31,622 bases of DNA from a virus. Lineage: Duplodnaviria; Caudoviricetes. The notes under the pieces are model-generated. The model was given only the letters and a program-made list of their open reading frames with translations, was not told where the DNA came from and ran no database searches. Below are positions 17,416-27,097 of this stretch, one piece after another. Each line of letters opens with the position of its first letter. The first letter of the stretch is position 1. The position numbers and the translations under genes are program-made. The stretch spans positions 1 to 31,622 of the IMG/VR virus record IMGVR_UViG_3300032322_001896. One strand, written 5' to 3'.

Positions 17416-17645
17416 ATTGTTCCTTTGATTTTTAAAAATAAGTACTCGTGTCGTTCGCACCACCGATACTCATAAACCGGTTCTCCGGGTCCGCATATCA
17501 TACCTATTCCTAAATATGCTTTTTTAAACCATAGGTATTTACCTGTGTAAAAACACCGCCTAGGTAAAAAACTATACTTTAATTTCCAACCTATACATCG
17601 GCGTTTAAAATCCGCATTGGTCCACATAAGACTATCTAATGGCAT
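17412..17645 (-). CDS. Hypothetical protein (77 aa, basic/aromatic)
   Basis: Coupled ORF within the operon. Confidence 0.65.
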   Translation of the reverse strand: MPLDSLMWTNADFKRRCIGWKLKYSFLPRRCFYTGKYLWFKKAYLGIGMICGPGEPVYEYRWCERHEYLFLKIKGTI

Positions 17646-17646
17646 T

Positions 17647-18264
17647 TTAATAAATAGTATTCACAACTTCTTCTAAGGATTGTAAAGATATATTTGCTAC
17701 TACTGATATTCTATCTTTATTGCTGTTGTTATTTTCAACATAATGTGTAATCCATCCCGGAAATATTAATAATTTATTAGATTCTGGTTCAATGGTCCAT
17801 CTAGTGGCATTGAACTCGTGGACATGTTTTTTGATTTGATTAGGCACAGCATATTCTGCTATGGCGCTAGGCGGTAATAAAACTAGATTTCCGGAATTTT
17901 TTTCAGCTTGTGGATAATATACGCAGGATAAAAACCTAAATGTATGTAAATGGGGATAGCCTGGTCCTTTGCATCCGCCACTAGGGGAGTTTATATTGAA
18001 CCAAGAATTGACGATTTCTAATTGATATTCATCTTTGATTGAAAAATAATTTTTTTTAATATCGAGAATTCTCTTTTCTATTTCCTGAAATAGTTTCGAT
18101 AGACGATTTTCTTTCAAATAGACATTGAGACTTTGATAGCCTCCGTCTTCTTCTCTGCCGGGATTTTCTAGTCTATGTTGATAACAAAATTCAATAATTT
18201 CTTGATTGTCGATGTTAAGATAATCAACAAACAGCGGACTAGGAAACAATGAAATTAAATTCAT
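17647..18264 (-). CDS. 2OG-Fe(II) oxygenase (TIGR02466-like)
   Basis: LFPSP, GGYQS, WFNIN, PHLH..LSCVYY, LLIFPGWITHYV, RISVVAN. Confidence 0.88.
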   Translation of the reverse strand: MNLISLFPSPLFVDYLNIDNQEIIEFCYQHRLENPGREEDGGYQSLNVYLKENRLSKLFQEIEKRILDIKKNYFSIKDEYQLEIVNSWFNINSPSGGCKGPGYPHLHTFRFLSCVYYPQAEKNSGNLVLLPPSAIAEYAVPNQIKKHVHEFNATRWTIEPESNKLLIFPGWITHYVENNNSNKDRISVVANISLQSLEEVVNTIY

Positions 18265-18767
18265 ATTAACTTGTCTAATTGTAGAATCTCACTTTGTCTA
18301 GAAATTTCTTTGACAAAATATGCACACGGTGGTTCTGGATCATCAGATAATGGTACAGTTAATAATTGACCATTTTTCATTTTAGGAAAGTACCATCTAA
18401 CATCTTGATAGATATTAACAATTTCAATAGGGTAGTAGTCTGCCCTAAATCCGTTAATAGGATTGAATATTAGAGCATCAAAACCTCTTTCGTTAATAGA
18501 TGTTAACGGTAGTACTTCCGGATCGAGTCCACATTCCTTATCTCCCACAGCCATGCACCAGTCTAATGGCATCTGTACTTCGTATCCACCAACATTTAAA
18601 AGTATAGCTGGGCTATTAAATGATTCTAAGAAAATCAGCGGCATGAAATAGAAATCTGGTTCTTGTGGATTCGAGTTGTCAAGAACTGAGAATCTAGTAT
18701 CCTCGTCTACTTCGTCTGGCAATTCATTTAAATCAAATGCAATGTTGTTTAGTGTTAAAATTTTCAT
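18261..18767 (-). CDS. Acidic beta-rich hypothetical protein coupled to uvsW
   Basis: ATGA overlaps on both sides; 168 aa. Confidence 0.8.
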   Translation of the reverse strand: MKILTLNNIAFDLNELPDEVDEDTRFSVLDNSNPQEPDFYFMPLIFLESFNSPAILLNVGGYEVQMPLDWCMAVGDKECGLDPEVLPLTSINERGFDALIFNPINGFRADYYPIEIVNIYQDVRWYFPKMKNGQLLTVPLSDDPEPPCAYFVKEISRQSEILQLDKLI

Positions 18768-20218
18768 ATTGTTACCTTTGTTATTGCGAAAGGGTATTTC
18801 GCTTCTTTGTAATATTTCTTCCTCTCCGTAAGATGCCGCTTTGAGTACTTACAGGCGCTCGTGATATCCCAAATCTGGACGAAGTCTTTGTCTTCTGCTC
18901 GTCTAATGCCTCGCCCAATACTCTGTATAACTCGGACAAAGCTCTTTCCGGGCTCCAAAAGAACCAGATTAAAAATCCTAGGGATATTAATACCCACAGC
19001 GGCCACACCGTAAGTCGCCACAATAATCTTATCATCACTTGTTTTAACTTCGTCATATTCTTCTTTTCTGTCGTCTAATTTTACTGCGCCTGAAATGAAC
19101 ACTGCATCCGGTATTCTTTCTATTAACTTGTTTCCAGTATCGATTCTATTGACTAGTACCAGAGTATTACCTGATTGACTAAAATCTTTGATCTTTCCAG
19201 CGATCCAATCTAATCTGTTACTATCGGTCACTAGCCAAGTATATTCTTCAGCGTAACTTCTAAAAACTTCAATATCGTTGGTTTGTAAAATTTGAATATC
19301 TAATTGTGCCAACACGCCTTTTTCTTGCAAGTCATGAGCACTGACATTACCGATTACTGGCCCGATACTAGCCAACAGTCCTTGAAATTCCCATTGTTCT
19401 TTAGGAATGGTTCCTGTCAAACCCCAACGAATTGCACAGTTTCTAAAATTCTGTGTCAACAATCTCGTTAGGACATCTGCTTTGGCTTGATGAACTTCGT
19501 CGACAATGATAGCAACAACGCCTTCACAAAACTCTGCCAACGAAAGTGTATCGTCGTCGTAGCTTTTCTTTTCCAATACATTAAGGCTTTGCCAAGTACA
19601 GATTGTATGTGTACGATTTAATTCTTTTCTATCGCCGAAATAAACTCCAACATCTAGTCCGAGATTTTTATAGTCTTCTTCAGTCTGTACAACAAGCGAT
19701 TTGTTCGGAACAATAACCATCGTACGGCCATATACCTCACAAAGATGCGATAACGTCGCAGTAGTAATAGTTTTACCAGCACCGGTGGCTACCTCCTGTA
19801 ATGATTGTGGATTTTCTGTAAATCTGTTGATAACTTCATATTGATAATCTCTAAGTACAATAGGTTGTCCAGCATTAGGATGACCCTTGGGCCAAGTCTT
19901 ACCTTTGTCTGCCCAGTAATTTTCTCCTATGCTAGGAAAACTCAGTGTCTTATGTTCTCGTAGATCCTCGACTTCTATATCGTATCCGGCATCTTCAACA
20001 ATAGGAAGCATCACATCTAAATGTGCAAGATACCCAGTACCGCCGATGCCGAAATAGGTTTTAGTTCCGTCCCATCTACCAAGTTTATATGCTGGCATAT
20101 GCCGTGCATAGGGAAGATCAAACTTTAATTTGTTGACTATTTTTCGTCTCGTTTCTACACTGAGACCTTCAAGTTTTATGTTTACTTCGTCTTTAATTAC
20201 GAGCTTACAATTCGACAA
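18764..20218 (-). CDS. uvsW: SF2 DNA helicase, UvsW-like
   Basis: RWDG, LRDYQ, ATGAGKT, TWQS, DEVH, GLTGT, GINIP, QSIGRGIR. Confidence 0.92.
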   Translation of the reverse strand: MSNCKLVIKDEVNIKLEGLSVETRRKIVNKLKFDLPYARHMPAYKLGRWDGTKTYFGIGGTGYLAHLDVMLPIVEDAGYDIEVEDLREHKTLSFPSIGENYWADKGKTWPKGHPNAGQPIVLRDYQYEVINRFTENPQSLQEVATGAGKTITTATLSHLCEVYGRTMVIVPNKSLVVQTEEDYKNLGLDVGVYFGDRKELNRTHTICTWQSLNVLEKKSYDDDTLSLAEFCEGVVAIIVDEVHQAKADVLTRLLTQNFRNCAIRWGLTGTIPKEQWEFQGLLASIGPVIGNVSAHDLQEKGVLAQLDIQILQTNDIEVFRSYAEEYTWLVTDSNRLDWIAGKIKDFSQSGNTLVLVNRIDTGNKLIERIPDAVFISGAVKLDDRKEEYDEVKTSDDKIIVATYGVAAVGINIPRIFNLVLLEPGKSFVRVIQSIGRGIRRAEDKDFVQIWDITSACKYSKRHLTERKKYYKEAKYPFAITKVTI

Positions 20219-21383
20219 TTCGCTGATCCTTTTTTTCCGACGGCTTAATATCTCCTAGATAAATCACACAAGATTGACTATTAAAAAAATCTCGTGCTAT
20301 GAGATTTGGTGCCGGGTATAAACTAGTACTAGTAACAATTTTAACATTTTTTATGTCTTTGAACAACCATTTAGCTGGCTTATGGAGAAAAATAAAAATC
20401 TTTCCCTCTTCTACCTTACCGCCATATCCTTTTTCTTTAATCCATTGATTGATGCCTCTATCGGTATTTTTTTCTTCTCTAAAACAAACCTTAATTTCAT
20501 TCGAAGAAATTTGAAATTTTTCGGCAAATTGAGAAAAATCTTTCAACCAGTCAAAAGCATCAGCTGCTCTATCTAGAACAATAACTATTTTTCCGTTGAC
20601 ACTTTGAATCGTATTAAAATACTCATCAAAAGTTTTAATCCAGAAATAATTGTTATCGTGGGCTGCTATAGATTCGATGGCATTTTTAGGAGTTTTATCA
20701 TATAAAAACCCCATACTCTTTGCCAATAATAAATCATCGTTTCGACAACCTGAAAAATTTTCATTAAAATAATCTAAGGCTTCTTGGCATGCATTCTTTA
20801 ATGTAATTTTTCCATCGTCGTCAGTACACGATGGTATGATATCTTCTTGATTTTGCCAAATTTCTTCAACTTGTGCCATAGCACTCATGAAGCTATCATC
20901 TATGTCGAATGAGTTCTGTTGAGCAAAATCATAGAGACTGATTAGATTACAATTATATAATTTTTCTTTTCTAATTTTATTTTCATGGTCCCACGAAAAA
21001 GATTTGCCATCGTTGGAAAATATCGAATCAAACTCCTTTTTTAACTGATAAGGAAATTTTAAACAAACCCATATGGTCTTCTCTTGGTCCTGGGATACAA
21101 AAATCTTCTTGCTTAGGTCTAATATCCTAAAATCTTGTTTCCATTGAGGATTTTTCAAAGTCTCAGAATAGTTCAGACCATTGAGATTGGAAAAATTTTG
21201 ATATTTTTGAAGAATTTTAAGGACATAGTTTCCCTGATTTTGTGTCAGGGCTTTGTTATCTAAGATAACTCCCTCAAAATTTACGATAACCGAAATGTCA
21301 TGAGGCTGTACTGGAATTTTTCCCAGATGAAACAGTTTAGAAAACTCTAAAAAAATGTCTTCGACAAGGTTCGATGATAACAT
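20205..21383 (-). CDS. Hypothetical protein (392 aa) co-transcribed with uvsW, possible HARP-like segment
   Basis: Long ORF; LKFPY..WD..K segment; own sigma70 promoter. Confidence 0.75.
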   Translation of the reverse strand: MLSSNLVEDIFLEFSKLFHLGKIPVQPHDISVIVNFEGVILDNKALTQNQGNYVLKILQKYQNFSNLNGLNYSETLKNPQWKQDFRILDLSKKIFVSQDQEKTIWVCLKFPYQLKKEFDSIFSNDGKSFSWDHENKIRKEKLYNCNLISLYDFAQQNSFDIDDSFMSAMAQVEEIWQNQEDIIPSCTDDDGKITLKNACQEALDYFNENFSGCRNDDLLLAKSMGFLYDKTPKNAIESIAAHDNNYFWIKTFDEYFNTIQSVNGKIVIVLDRAADAFDWLKDFSQFAEKFQISSNEIKVCFREEKNTDRGINQWIKEKGYGGKVEEGKIFIFLHKPAKWLFKDIKNVKIVTSTSLYPAPNLIARDFFNSQSCVIYLGDIKPSEKKDQRIVEL

Positions 21384-21389
21384 TTTTAA

Positions 21390-21418
21390 ATTTTACACTA
21401 TTTAAAAATGAAAGTCAA
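21390..21418 (-). promoter_or_regulatory. sigma70-type promoter TTGACT-N17-TAAAAT, 6 nt before ATG 21383
   Basis: -35 at 21418-21413, -10 at 21395-21390, 17-nt spacer. Confidence 0.75.
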
Positions 21419-21426
21419 TATTTTTA

Positions 21427-22257
21427 TCAGATTTTTTCTAAAATTCTTCTAAAGGGAATACCGTCGGCTATTTCGTCCACGGTCCATTCGGTGTGAGTTA
21501 GATCTAGTAACCATTGTTCTCTGTCAGGTAGGACAATTTTTTCAATATTTTCCAATTTATCCGAAACAGGATAGGCTAGGGAACTGTTGTTGCAAATAAT
21601 AGGAACACCATGTATGGCTGCTTGTACCGCTGGACCACTATTATGATTTATCACGCAATGATAATTGTAATTGATATCAAAATCGTCATAGGTACCGGGA
21701 ATCATTTTTGGTACTTCTAACCGCACTCCGGCTATATTCAATGAAAATCTGCATCGAGGGTGGGGCCTTACTACTATAGGTCGATCTGTGTATTGTCTAA
21801 TTTTTGAAATTTGTTCACTGGTCCAAGTCGCCATGGAAGGTTGCCCCTCCCACTGAAGGCTTCTATCGTGCTGAGTGGCAATCAATATTGAAGGATTTCT
21901 ATTTTCTTGAAAATTTTTAAGACTCACTCCTAACTTTTTTGGTCTATCGAGATCTAGATTCGAATGATTTTCAAAAAATCCTTCATTGTTGATATGATTT
22001 AAAGAAATTCTCCATGTCTTGCCTCGAAAGAGATTGCCAACCTCCACAATCATTATAGGAATACGATTTTTTCTACAAGTCTCAAAGATAGTTTTGTTAG
22101 GAGCCATACGGCCAGACCAGAGAACAGACCAAATTATTGGAATATCCTCACCGGTAGTGACCACAGTATGACCGATTTTCTTCAGTCCGGTCTCAACAGC
22201 ATCAAATATTGGTTTGCTGTTTAACGCACCGTACTCTCGATAAATTCTTAGTTTCAT
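21427..22257 (-). CDS. KpsS/KpsC-like GT-B glycosyltransferase, paralogue 1
   Basis: ATQ..RS, IVVRPHP, NSGPAVQAAIHGVP, EWTVDEIADG. Confidence 0.7.
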   Translation of the reverse strand: MKLRIYREYGALNSKPIFDAVETGLKKIGHTVVTTGEDIPIIWSVLWSGRMAPNKTIFETCRKNRIPIMIVEVGNLFRGKTWRISLNHINNEGFFENHSNLDLDRPKKLGVSLKNFQENRNPSILIATQHDRSLQWEGQPSMATWTSEQISKIRQYTDRPIVVRPHPRCRFSLNIAGVRLEVPKMIPGTYDDFDINYNYHCVINHNSGPAVQAAIHGVPIICNNSSLAYPVSDKLENIEKIVLPDREQWLLDLTHTEWTVDEIADGIPFRRILEKI

Positions 22258-22264
22258 TTTTGTC

Positions 22265-22285
22265 TATAAATATCAGAGTATTTAA
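22265..22285. promoter_or_regulatory. Face-to-face late promoters: TATAAATA (+, 22265-22272) and TTAAATA (-, 22279-22285)
   Basis: Both lie in the 35-bp gap between divergent glycan genes. Confidence 0.65.
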
Positions 22286-22292
22286 TTATATT

Positions 22293-22691
22293 ATGAATAA
22301 GTTCGGAAAAAGAATTCAAAAATTTGTTGGAAATGTAGAAAATTGCCTAGTCATCGGACACGGATTTGGAAAGTTAAACAATATTGCTGAAACATTCAAT
22401 ACTGTTTTCATATTTTCCGAAAAAGAAGTTCCTTATAAGGCAAAAAACATAATTCATCGAGAATCTTTTGATTCTATTTTTCAATTAAGCAGCATAAGTG
22501 TCATATTCTTCGATAGAGATCAATTAGATAAACTAAGACCCTCGATTCCGTTGTGGCTAACTCATAAACCTTATATAATAATTGAAGGAAATGATGTCAT
22601 TGACAGAGACCAGTCCAAGGATTTGTATGAAAGAAACTATAGAGCAGTTGAATTACAAGGCACACACCATATATGGAGGTTAGGAAAATGA
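22293..22691 (+). CDS. Hypothetical protein, degenerate Rossmann/methyltransferase-like
   Basis: CLVIGHGFG, IFFD, PYIIIE; start moved to MNKF at 22293. Confidence 0.65.
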   Translation: MNKFGKRIQKFVGNVENCLVIGHGFGKLNNIAETFNTVFIFSEKEVPYKAKNIIHRESFDSIFQLSSISVIFFDRDQLDKLRPSIPLWLTHKPYIIIEGNDVIDRDQSKDLYERNYRAVELQGTHHIWRLGK

Positions 22692-23530
22692 GAATTTCGG
22701 TAGTTACTACATTTCACAAGGCAGGGTACGAGCAATATGGTCAACGGATGATACAAACTTTCATAAAAAATTGGCCTACAGAAGTGAATTTGTATGTATA
22801 CACTGAAGATTGTCAAGTTTATGAGTCTGCTCCAAATTTAATTGTCAGAGATCTTCATAACTCGAGTTCAGAACTTGTTGCGTTCAAAGAAAAATGGAAA
22901 AATGTTCCCAAAGCCAATGGCGATGTCAGCGACGATCCAGTTAAGAGGCGAAGAAAAGATGCCGGCAAGGGATTCAAGTGGCATGCTATCAGATTTGCTC
23001 ACAAAGTTTACTCAATTTTTCACTGTGCTAAAAATTGCGACGCAGATATCTTGATTTGGATGGATGCCGATACTATTTGCCATAGTCCTATCACAAGAAA
23101 AGAATTGAAACGCATGGTTCCCGCAGATACAGACATCTGCTATCTCGGAAGAAAAGGAAAATACAGTGAATGTGGATTGTATTCTTTAAATTTAAATTCG
23201 GAACAAACAAAAATGTTCTTAATGGAATTTCAAAGAATGTATGACAAAGCCGAAGCTGGCATATTTCAACTAGACGAATGGCACGATAGTTTTGTATTTG
23301 ATAGAGTTAGAGAAAGGATGCCTTTTCTCAAACAACTAGACTGGGCAGCACACTTAAATGATCTTAGACCGGCCCCCGGAATGAGTGCAGGTGAAGGTCA
23401 TCCGTTAATTAATTGCGAATGGGGAGCGTGGCTGGATCATCTCAAAGGAAGTAGAAAGAATATCGGTCACAGCAAACGAGATGATTTGAAAATTGAAAGA
23501 ACAGAGCCGTATTGGCAACAGTTCATTTAA
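22688..23530 (+). CDS. GT-A (DxD) glycosyltransferase
   Basis: VVTTF, RFAHKVY, LIWMDAD, SECG, EWHDS, DHLKG; start placed at the ATGA overlap. Confidence 0.8.
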   Translation: MRISVVTTFHKAGYEQYGQRMIQTFIKNWPTEVNLYVYTEDCQVYESAPNLIVRDLHNSSSELVAFKEKWKNVPKANGDVSDDPVKRRRKDAGKGFKWHAIRFAHKVYSIFHCAKNCDADILIWMDADTICHSPITRKELKRMVPADTDICYLGRKGKYSECGLYSLNLNSEQTKMFLMEFQRMYDKAEAGIFQLDEWHDSFVFDRVRERMPFLKQLDWAAHLNDLRPAPGMSAGEGHPLINCEWGAWLDHLKGSRKNIGHSKRDDLKIERTEPYWQQFI

Positions 23531-24453
23531 ATGTATTGTCGAAAAAATCTCCATGCTTCGCCGGATCTAAGTTCGTCGAAGTTCCAGTGACACATAGATA
23601 GTCTTTCAATCCATTGTTGTCTATCTGGCATTAATGGATTTTCTAATAAACCTAGATCGGTATTAGCTACACCGTAGGTCTGACTATGTTGGGGTAACGG
23701 GTCGGTCAAAAAAGTAGGTATTCCTTCGATCAAACTTGCTACACTAGGACTACTGTTGTAAACTACCGAAGCCCATGCACCCCTCAAGTCGTCTACAAGA
23801 TTAGTATTTTTACTTAGAATAACATTTTTATGATTGACCTGAAGAATAGATTTAATTTTTTTATCTCCAGGGTGCGCTCTAACAACAATTGTTCGCTTTT
23901 TTGAATGTTGCCTTATTTGATGTATTGTTTGATTCATCCAGTCTACAACATTGAATCCTCTCATACTCCAACCGCCATTTCGTTGTAGACATATCAATAT
24001 ATGATGACCTTCTGTTCTGTAAGGTTTTAAAGAAATGTTGAGATTTCTACTGATTTTTTGCCAACGAGTCGGATCTATATCTCTATCGAAATAAAAACCA
24101 GTTGTAGGAAAAACACCATCGAAACTATATCTAAGATATGTCTTAGTATTGTTAGGATCTGCGTAAAGAAATAAATTGCTATCAACAATTAAAGACCGCT
24201 TACCGTTAGATTTTTGTAAATCTATAGCAGATTTCCTCAATCTTAAATGAGATAGATCTTTTCCTTGATCATGCACAAACCCCTGTATCAATGCTACATC
24301 GCAGGGCAATGTTGTCATAGTACGATGAGCGATTCCTTGATCGCCTGATGCATTTACCCCTGCAATGAAATTATCTAATATGGCAGGCTTTTCAGGATTT
24401 TTGTTTCCTGGTGGTATTCCTGCATAATAAGCTACTGCGGTATATTTAGGCAT
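23527..24453 (-). CDS. KpsS/KpsC-like glycosyltransferase, paralogue 2
   Basis: ILICLQ, IVVRAHP, YNSSPSVASLIEGIP, HWNFDELRSGEA. Confidence 0.7.
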   Translation of the reverse strand: MPKYTAVAYYAGIPPGNKNPEKPAILDNFIAGVNASGDQGIAHRTMTTLPCDVALIQGFVHDQGKDLSHLRLRKSAIDLQKSNGKRSLIVDSNLFLYADPNNTKTYLRYSFDGVFPTTGFYFDRDIDPTRWQKISRNLNISLKPYRTEGHHILICLQRNGGWSMRGFNVVDWMNQTIHQIRQHSKKRTIVVRAHPGDKKIKSILQVNHKNVILSKNTNLVDDLRGAWASVVYNSSPSVASLIEGIPTFLTDPLPQHSQTYGVANTDLGLLENPLMPDRQQWIERLSMCHWNFDELRSGEAWRFFRQYI

Positions 24454-25540
24454 GATATTTTTTTACAATACCTACAGCAGTACCGTCTAATAATTCTTCA
24501 TAAGTAAACTGGCTGTAACTTAGCATACACAGCCACTGAGCAAGATTAGGTCTTAGTAGATTATTAATGTCTGATAATTTATTTCTAGTTACAGGATTAG
24601 TAATATGAGTATCTAAAGTAATGGCCGGAACTCCTGCCCAAATAGATTCTGTAGCAGCATTTGAATTAATACTTACTACACAATAATAATCTTCGTTTAA
24701 CAGATGTTTGTATAACGGAGATCTAACTTTTTTAGGAGTTTTTTCTCTAAAGACAATTTTCTTATCTGTATATTGACTTAGTTCTTTTTCTACATCATAT
24801 CGCCATTGTTTAATATCAACATGGAAAATATCTGCGGCAAAATTCCCAGGTTCTATAATTAGAATTTTATCTCCGCCCAATCTCCATTGTTTAGGAAATT
24901 GAGAAAAATTTCCTAATCTATCAACAGGAGCATCGAAAAATTTTCCGTAGTGTAAATGATTAGGAACTAATCTATGCCAGCGTTTACTTGATTCTACAAA
25001 ATTAGTGTATCCACTGTCTATAAACCAAAAAGGATATCTGTTGTCAATTTTTTCAACAAGTATCTTTTCGTTACCGACAGTGTTTCTTAATAAACAATTT
25101 TCTTTAGCATCGGAAAAATTAATTCTTCTCATTAATTTTCCGGCCGGGTCTATGTGTAGTCCTGTACCTTTGATAAAATTCTTTTGATCAAATTTTAAAT
25201 AAGCATCTAATATATTTTCTTCACCGAGCTTATTAATAAAATATTCTAAATTCTTGTGAAGATACTTAAATTTCTTTTCTCTTTGAACCTTTATTTCATT
25301 GCTAACAGCTTTCATCCAAGCGCCGAGATCTTTTTCAACTGATCTTCTTATTTTGGCTTTAAACTTATCTCTTTTTTTGTTTATATTAAAACTTCTTTTG
25401 TTTTTTTCTCTGCAAACATATTCAATCGCAGAATCAACATGTCCAATTCCAAATCGAATTTTTTTAATTGGTTTAGTATCTATGCCTACTAGCACAAACA
25501 AAAAATTAGCAATTTCTTTATCGTTAAGTAATAATTTCAT
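24446..25540 (-). CDS. KpsS/KpsC-like glycosyltransferase, paralogue 3, with a basic N-terminal extension
   Basis: FIDSGY, IVFREK, NSNAATESIWAGVP, LSYSQFTYEELLDGTA. Confidence 0.65.
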   Translation of the reverse strand: MKLLLNDKEIANFLFVLVGIDTKPIKKIRFGIGHVDSAIEYVCREKNKRSFNINKKRDKFKAKIRRSVEKDLGAWMKAVSNEIKVQREKKFKYLHKNLEYFINKLGEENILDAYLKFDQKNFIKGTGLHIDPAGKLMRRINFSDAKENCLLRNTVGNEKILVEKIDNRYPFWFIDSGYTNFVESSKRWHRLVPNHLHYGKFFDAPVDRLGNFSQFPKQWRLGGDKILIIEPGNFAADIFHVDIKQWRYDVEKELSQYTDKKIVFREKTPKKVRSPLYKHLLNEDYYCVVSINSNAATESIWAGVPAITLDTHITNPVTRNKLSDINNLLRPNLAQWLCMLSYSQFTYEELLDGTAVGIVKKYHA

Positions 25541-26306
25541 ATTCGTTTATTATTTTCCATGCACGGCCGTTGTGTATTTCTTCAGACGAAAATTGTCCAT
25601 AGGCAAGATTATAACTTTGTTTTAAAATTACATCTAAAGAAGGTTTATAAGGATCTTTCAACAAAGATAGATTATCGGATGCTAAGGGAGTAGCAGCACA
25701 GGGCACCGATACAAATGCAGGAATTCCATATAATACACTTTCCAATGATGCAATACTGTTGAACGATACAGTAGCATATACTCCGCTATCAAAAGCAGAA
25801 TATATTGAATACCCGTGATTTCTTTCACTTCTTGAACCTTTAACTCTTATTTCAATAGGTAGGTTAGAATATGTTTTAATTTTTTCTGTAGTCTCGGCAA
25901 TCCATTGATCACAATCTATGTCATAATATCTACAGGCTTTAGGATTAGGTAACACTAACAATATTTTTTTATTATAATTTTTCCAACCGTTCCATAATAG
26001 CCTAGGATCTTGTTTTACAAGATTTTCCCATCTGTCTTTAGGTACGCTACGTATAATATCGTGTTGTAATTTATTTTTTACTACACGATGCCAGATCTTC
26101 TTTCCTGAAGAATTGCCTATGCTTGGAAAATTTCCTAGATATCCTGTGTCAATATAATAAAAATCTCTATTATTATTTTTACAAATATCTATTTCTGTCT
26201 TGCTAGTTACACCTCTAACAATTAGAGGTTTATTTTCATCGATGCTGGTTGTACATCGATCTCCGCTACCAATAACAAATGATTGTTCTAAAGATAATTC
26301 TTTCAC
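25524..26306 (-). CDS. KpsS/KpsC-like glycosyltransferase, paralogue 4
   Basis: YIDTGY, WHRVVKN, IEIRVK, NSIASLESVLYGIP, LAYGQFSSEEIHNGRA. Confidence 0.65.
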   Translation of the reverse strand: MKELSLEQSFVIGSGDRCTTSIDENKPLIVRGVTSKTEIDICKNNNRDFYYIDTGYLGNFPSIGNSSGKKIWHRVVKNKLQHDIIRSVPKDRWENLVKQDPRLLWNGWKNYNKKILLVLPNPKACRYYDIDCDQWIAETTEKIKTYSNLPIEIRVKGSRSERNHGYSIYSAFDSGVYATVSFNSIASLESVLYGIPAFVSVPCAATPLASDNLSLLKDPYKPSLDVILKQSYNLAYGQFSSEEIHNGRAWKIINEYEIIT

Positions 26307-27097
26307 AGATTCTCCAACATATCCATAGCCTTACCAGATCTCAATTCATCAGTATGAAATTGTCCGTAGGCTAAATGGCATCCCCATGCGTATAATTTAT
26401 CGTTTTCGGGATAGTATGGTTTTTCTATTTGACTGAGATCTTGTAAGCTGACAGGACTGGCTGCATTGGCCGGGGCCAAAGTAAATGCCGGTATTCCGTG
26501 AAATATACTTTCTACTGCTGCCACACTATTGAAAGTAACTAAAGCAAATACATCATTATCAAGAGCGTTTTGTAAAGTATCGTTGACTGCTCTTTCTATT
26601 CTGTTAGGATTTCTTTCTCTAATTTCTATTGGGCGGTCTGTATATTTTTTTATAGTTTCTACAGTGCCTGACAACCACTGTTCTAAGTCCAACCCATAAA
26701 ATTTCATTGGCTTTTCGTCCGGTTTTGCGATTAATATTTTTCTACCGCCCTTTTTCCAGGGTTGAAATTTTTTATTAAATTTTTGAAATCTGTCGTCTGG
26801 TCTAGGAATAATATCTCCGTGTTGAAGATCATTTTTTACTATACGATGCCAGTATTTCCAAGCATTGGGATTTGAAGAAGTTTTTTCATTTCCGAAATAA
26901 CCAGTGTCCATATAATAAAAAGTTCTTTTATTTTTCCAACATTGGTGTATTATCTTTTTCTTTAAAATTCCTCTTAAAACTATAGGATCATTATTTGATT
27001 TAAAATCAAAATCGTCTGTATCTACTATAGATTCGCGACAGCCCCTAGCAAATAAATTAATATAAGGGTCTTGTCCTTCTTTACTTAAAAAAATCAT
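26303..27097 (-). CDS. KpsS/KpsC-like glycosyltransferase, paralogue 5
   Basis: YMDTGY, WHRIVKN, IEIRER, NSVAAVESIFHGIP, LAYGQFHTDELRSGKA. Confidence 0.65.
   Translation of the reverse strand: MIFLSKEGQDPYINLFARGCRESIVDTDDFDFKSNNDPIVLRGILKKKIIHQCWKNKRTFYYMDTGYFGNEKTSSNPNAWKYWHRIVKNDLQHGDIIPRPDDRFQKFNKKFQPWKKGGRKILIAKPDEKPMKFYGLDLEQWLSGTVETIKKYTDRPIEIRERNPNRIERAVNDTLQNALDNDVFALVTFNSVAAVESIFHGIPAFTLAPANAASPVSLQDLSQIEKPYYPENDKLYAWGCHLAYGQFHTDELRSGKAMDMLENL

Noticed and set aside
18261-18767. Possible stand-alone Hint/intein domain after uvsW
   Set aside because: Size and beta-rich character are suggestive, but there is no N-terminal Cys/Ser, TxxH or terminal HN. It cannot be supported without a profile search.
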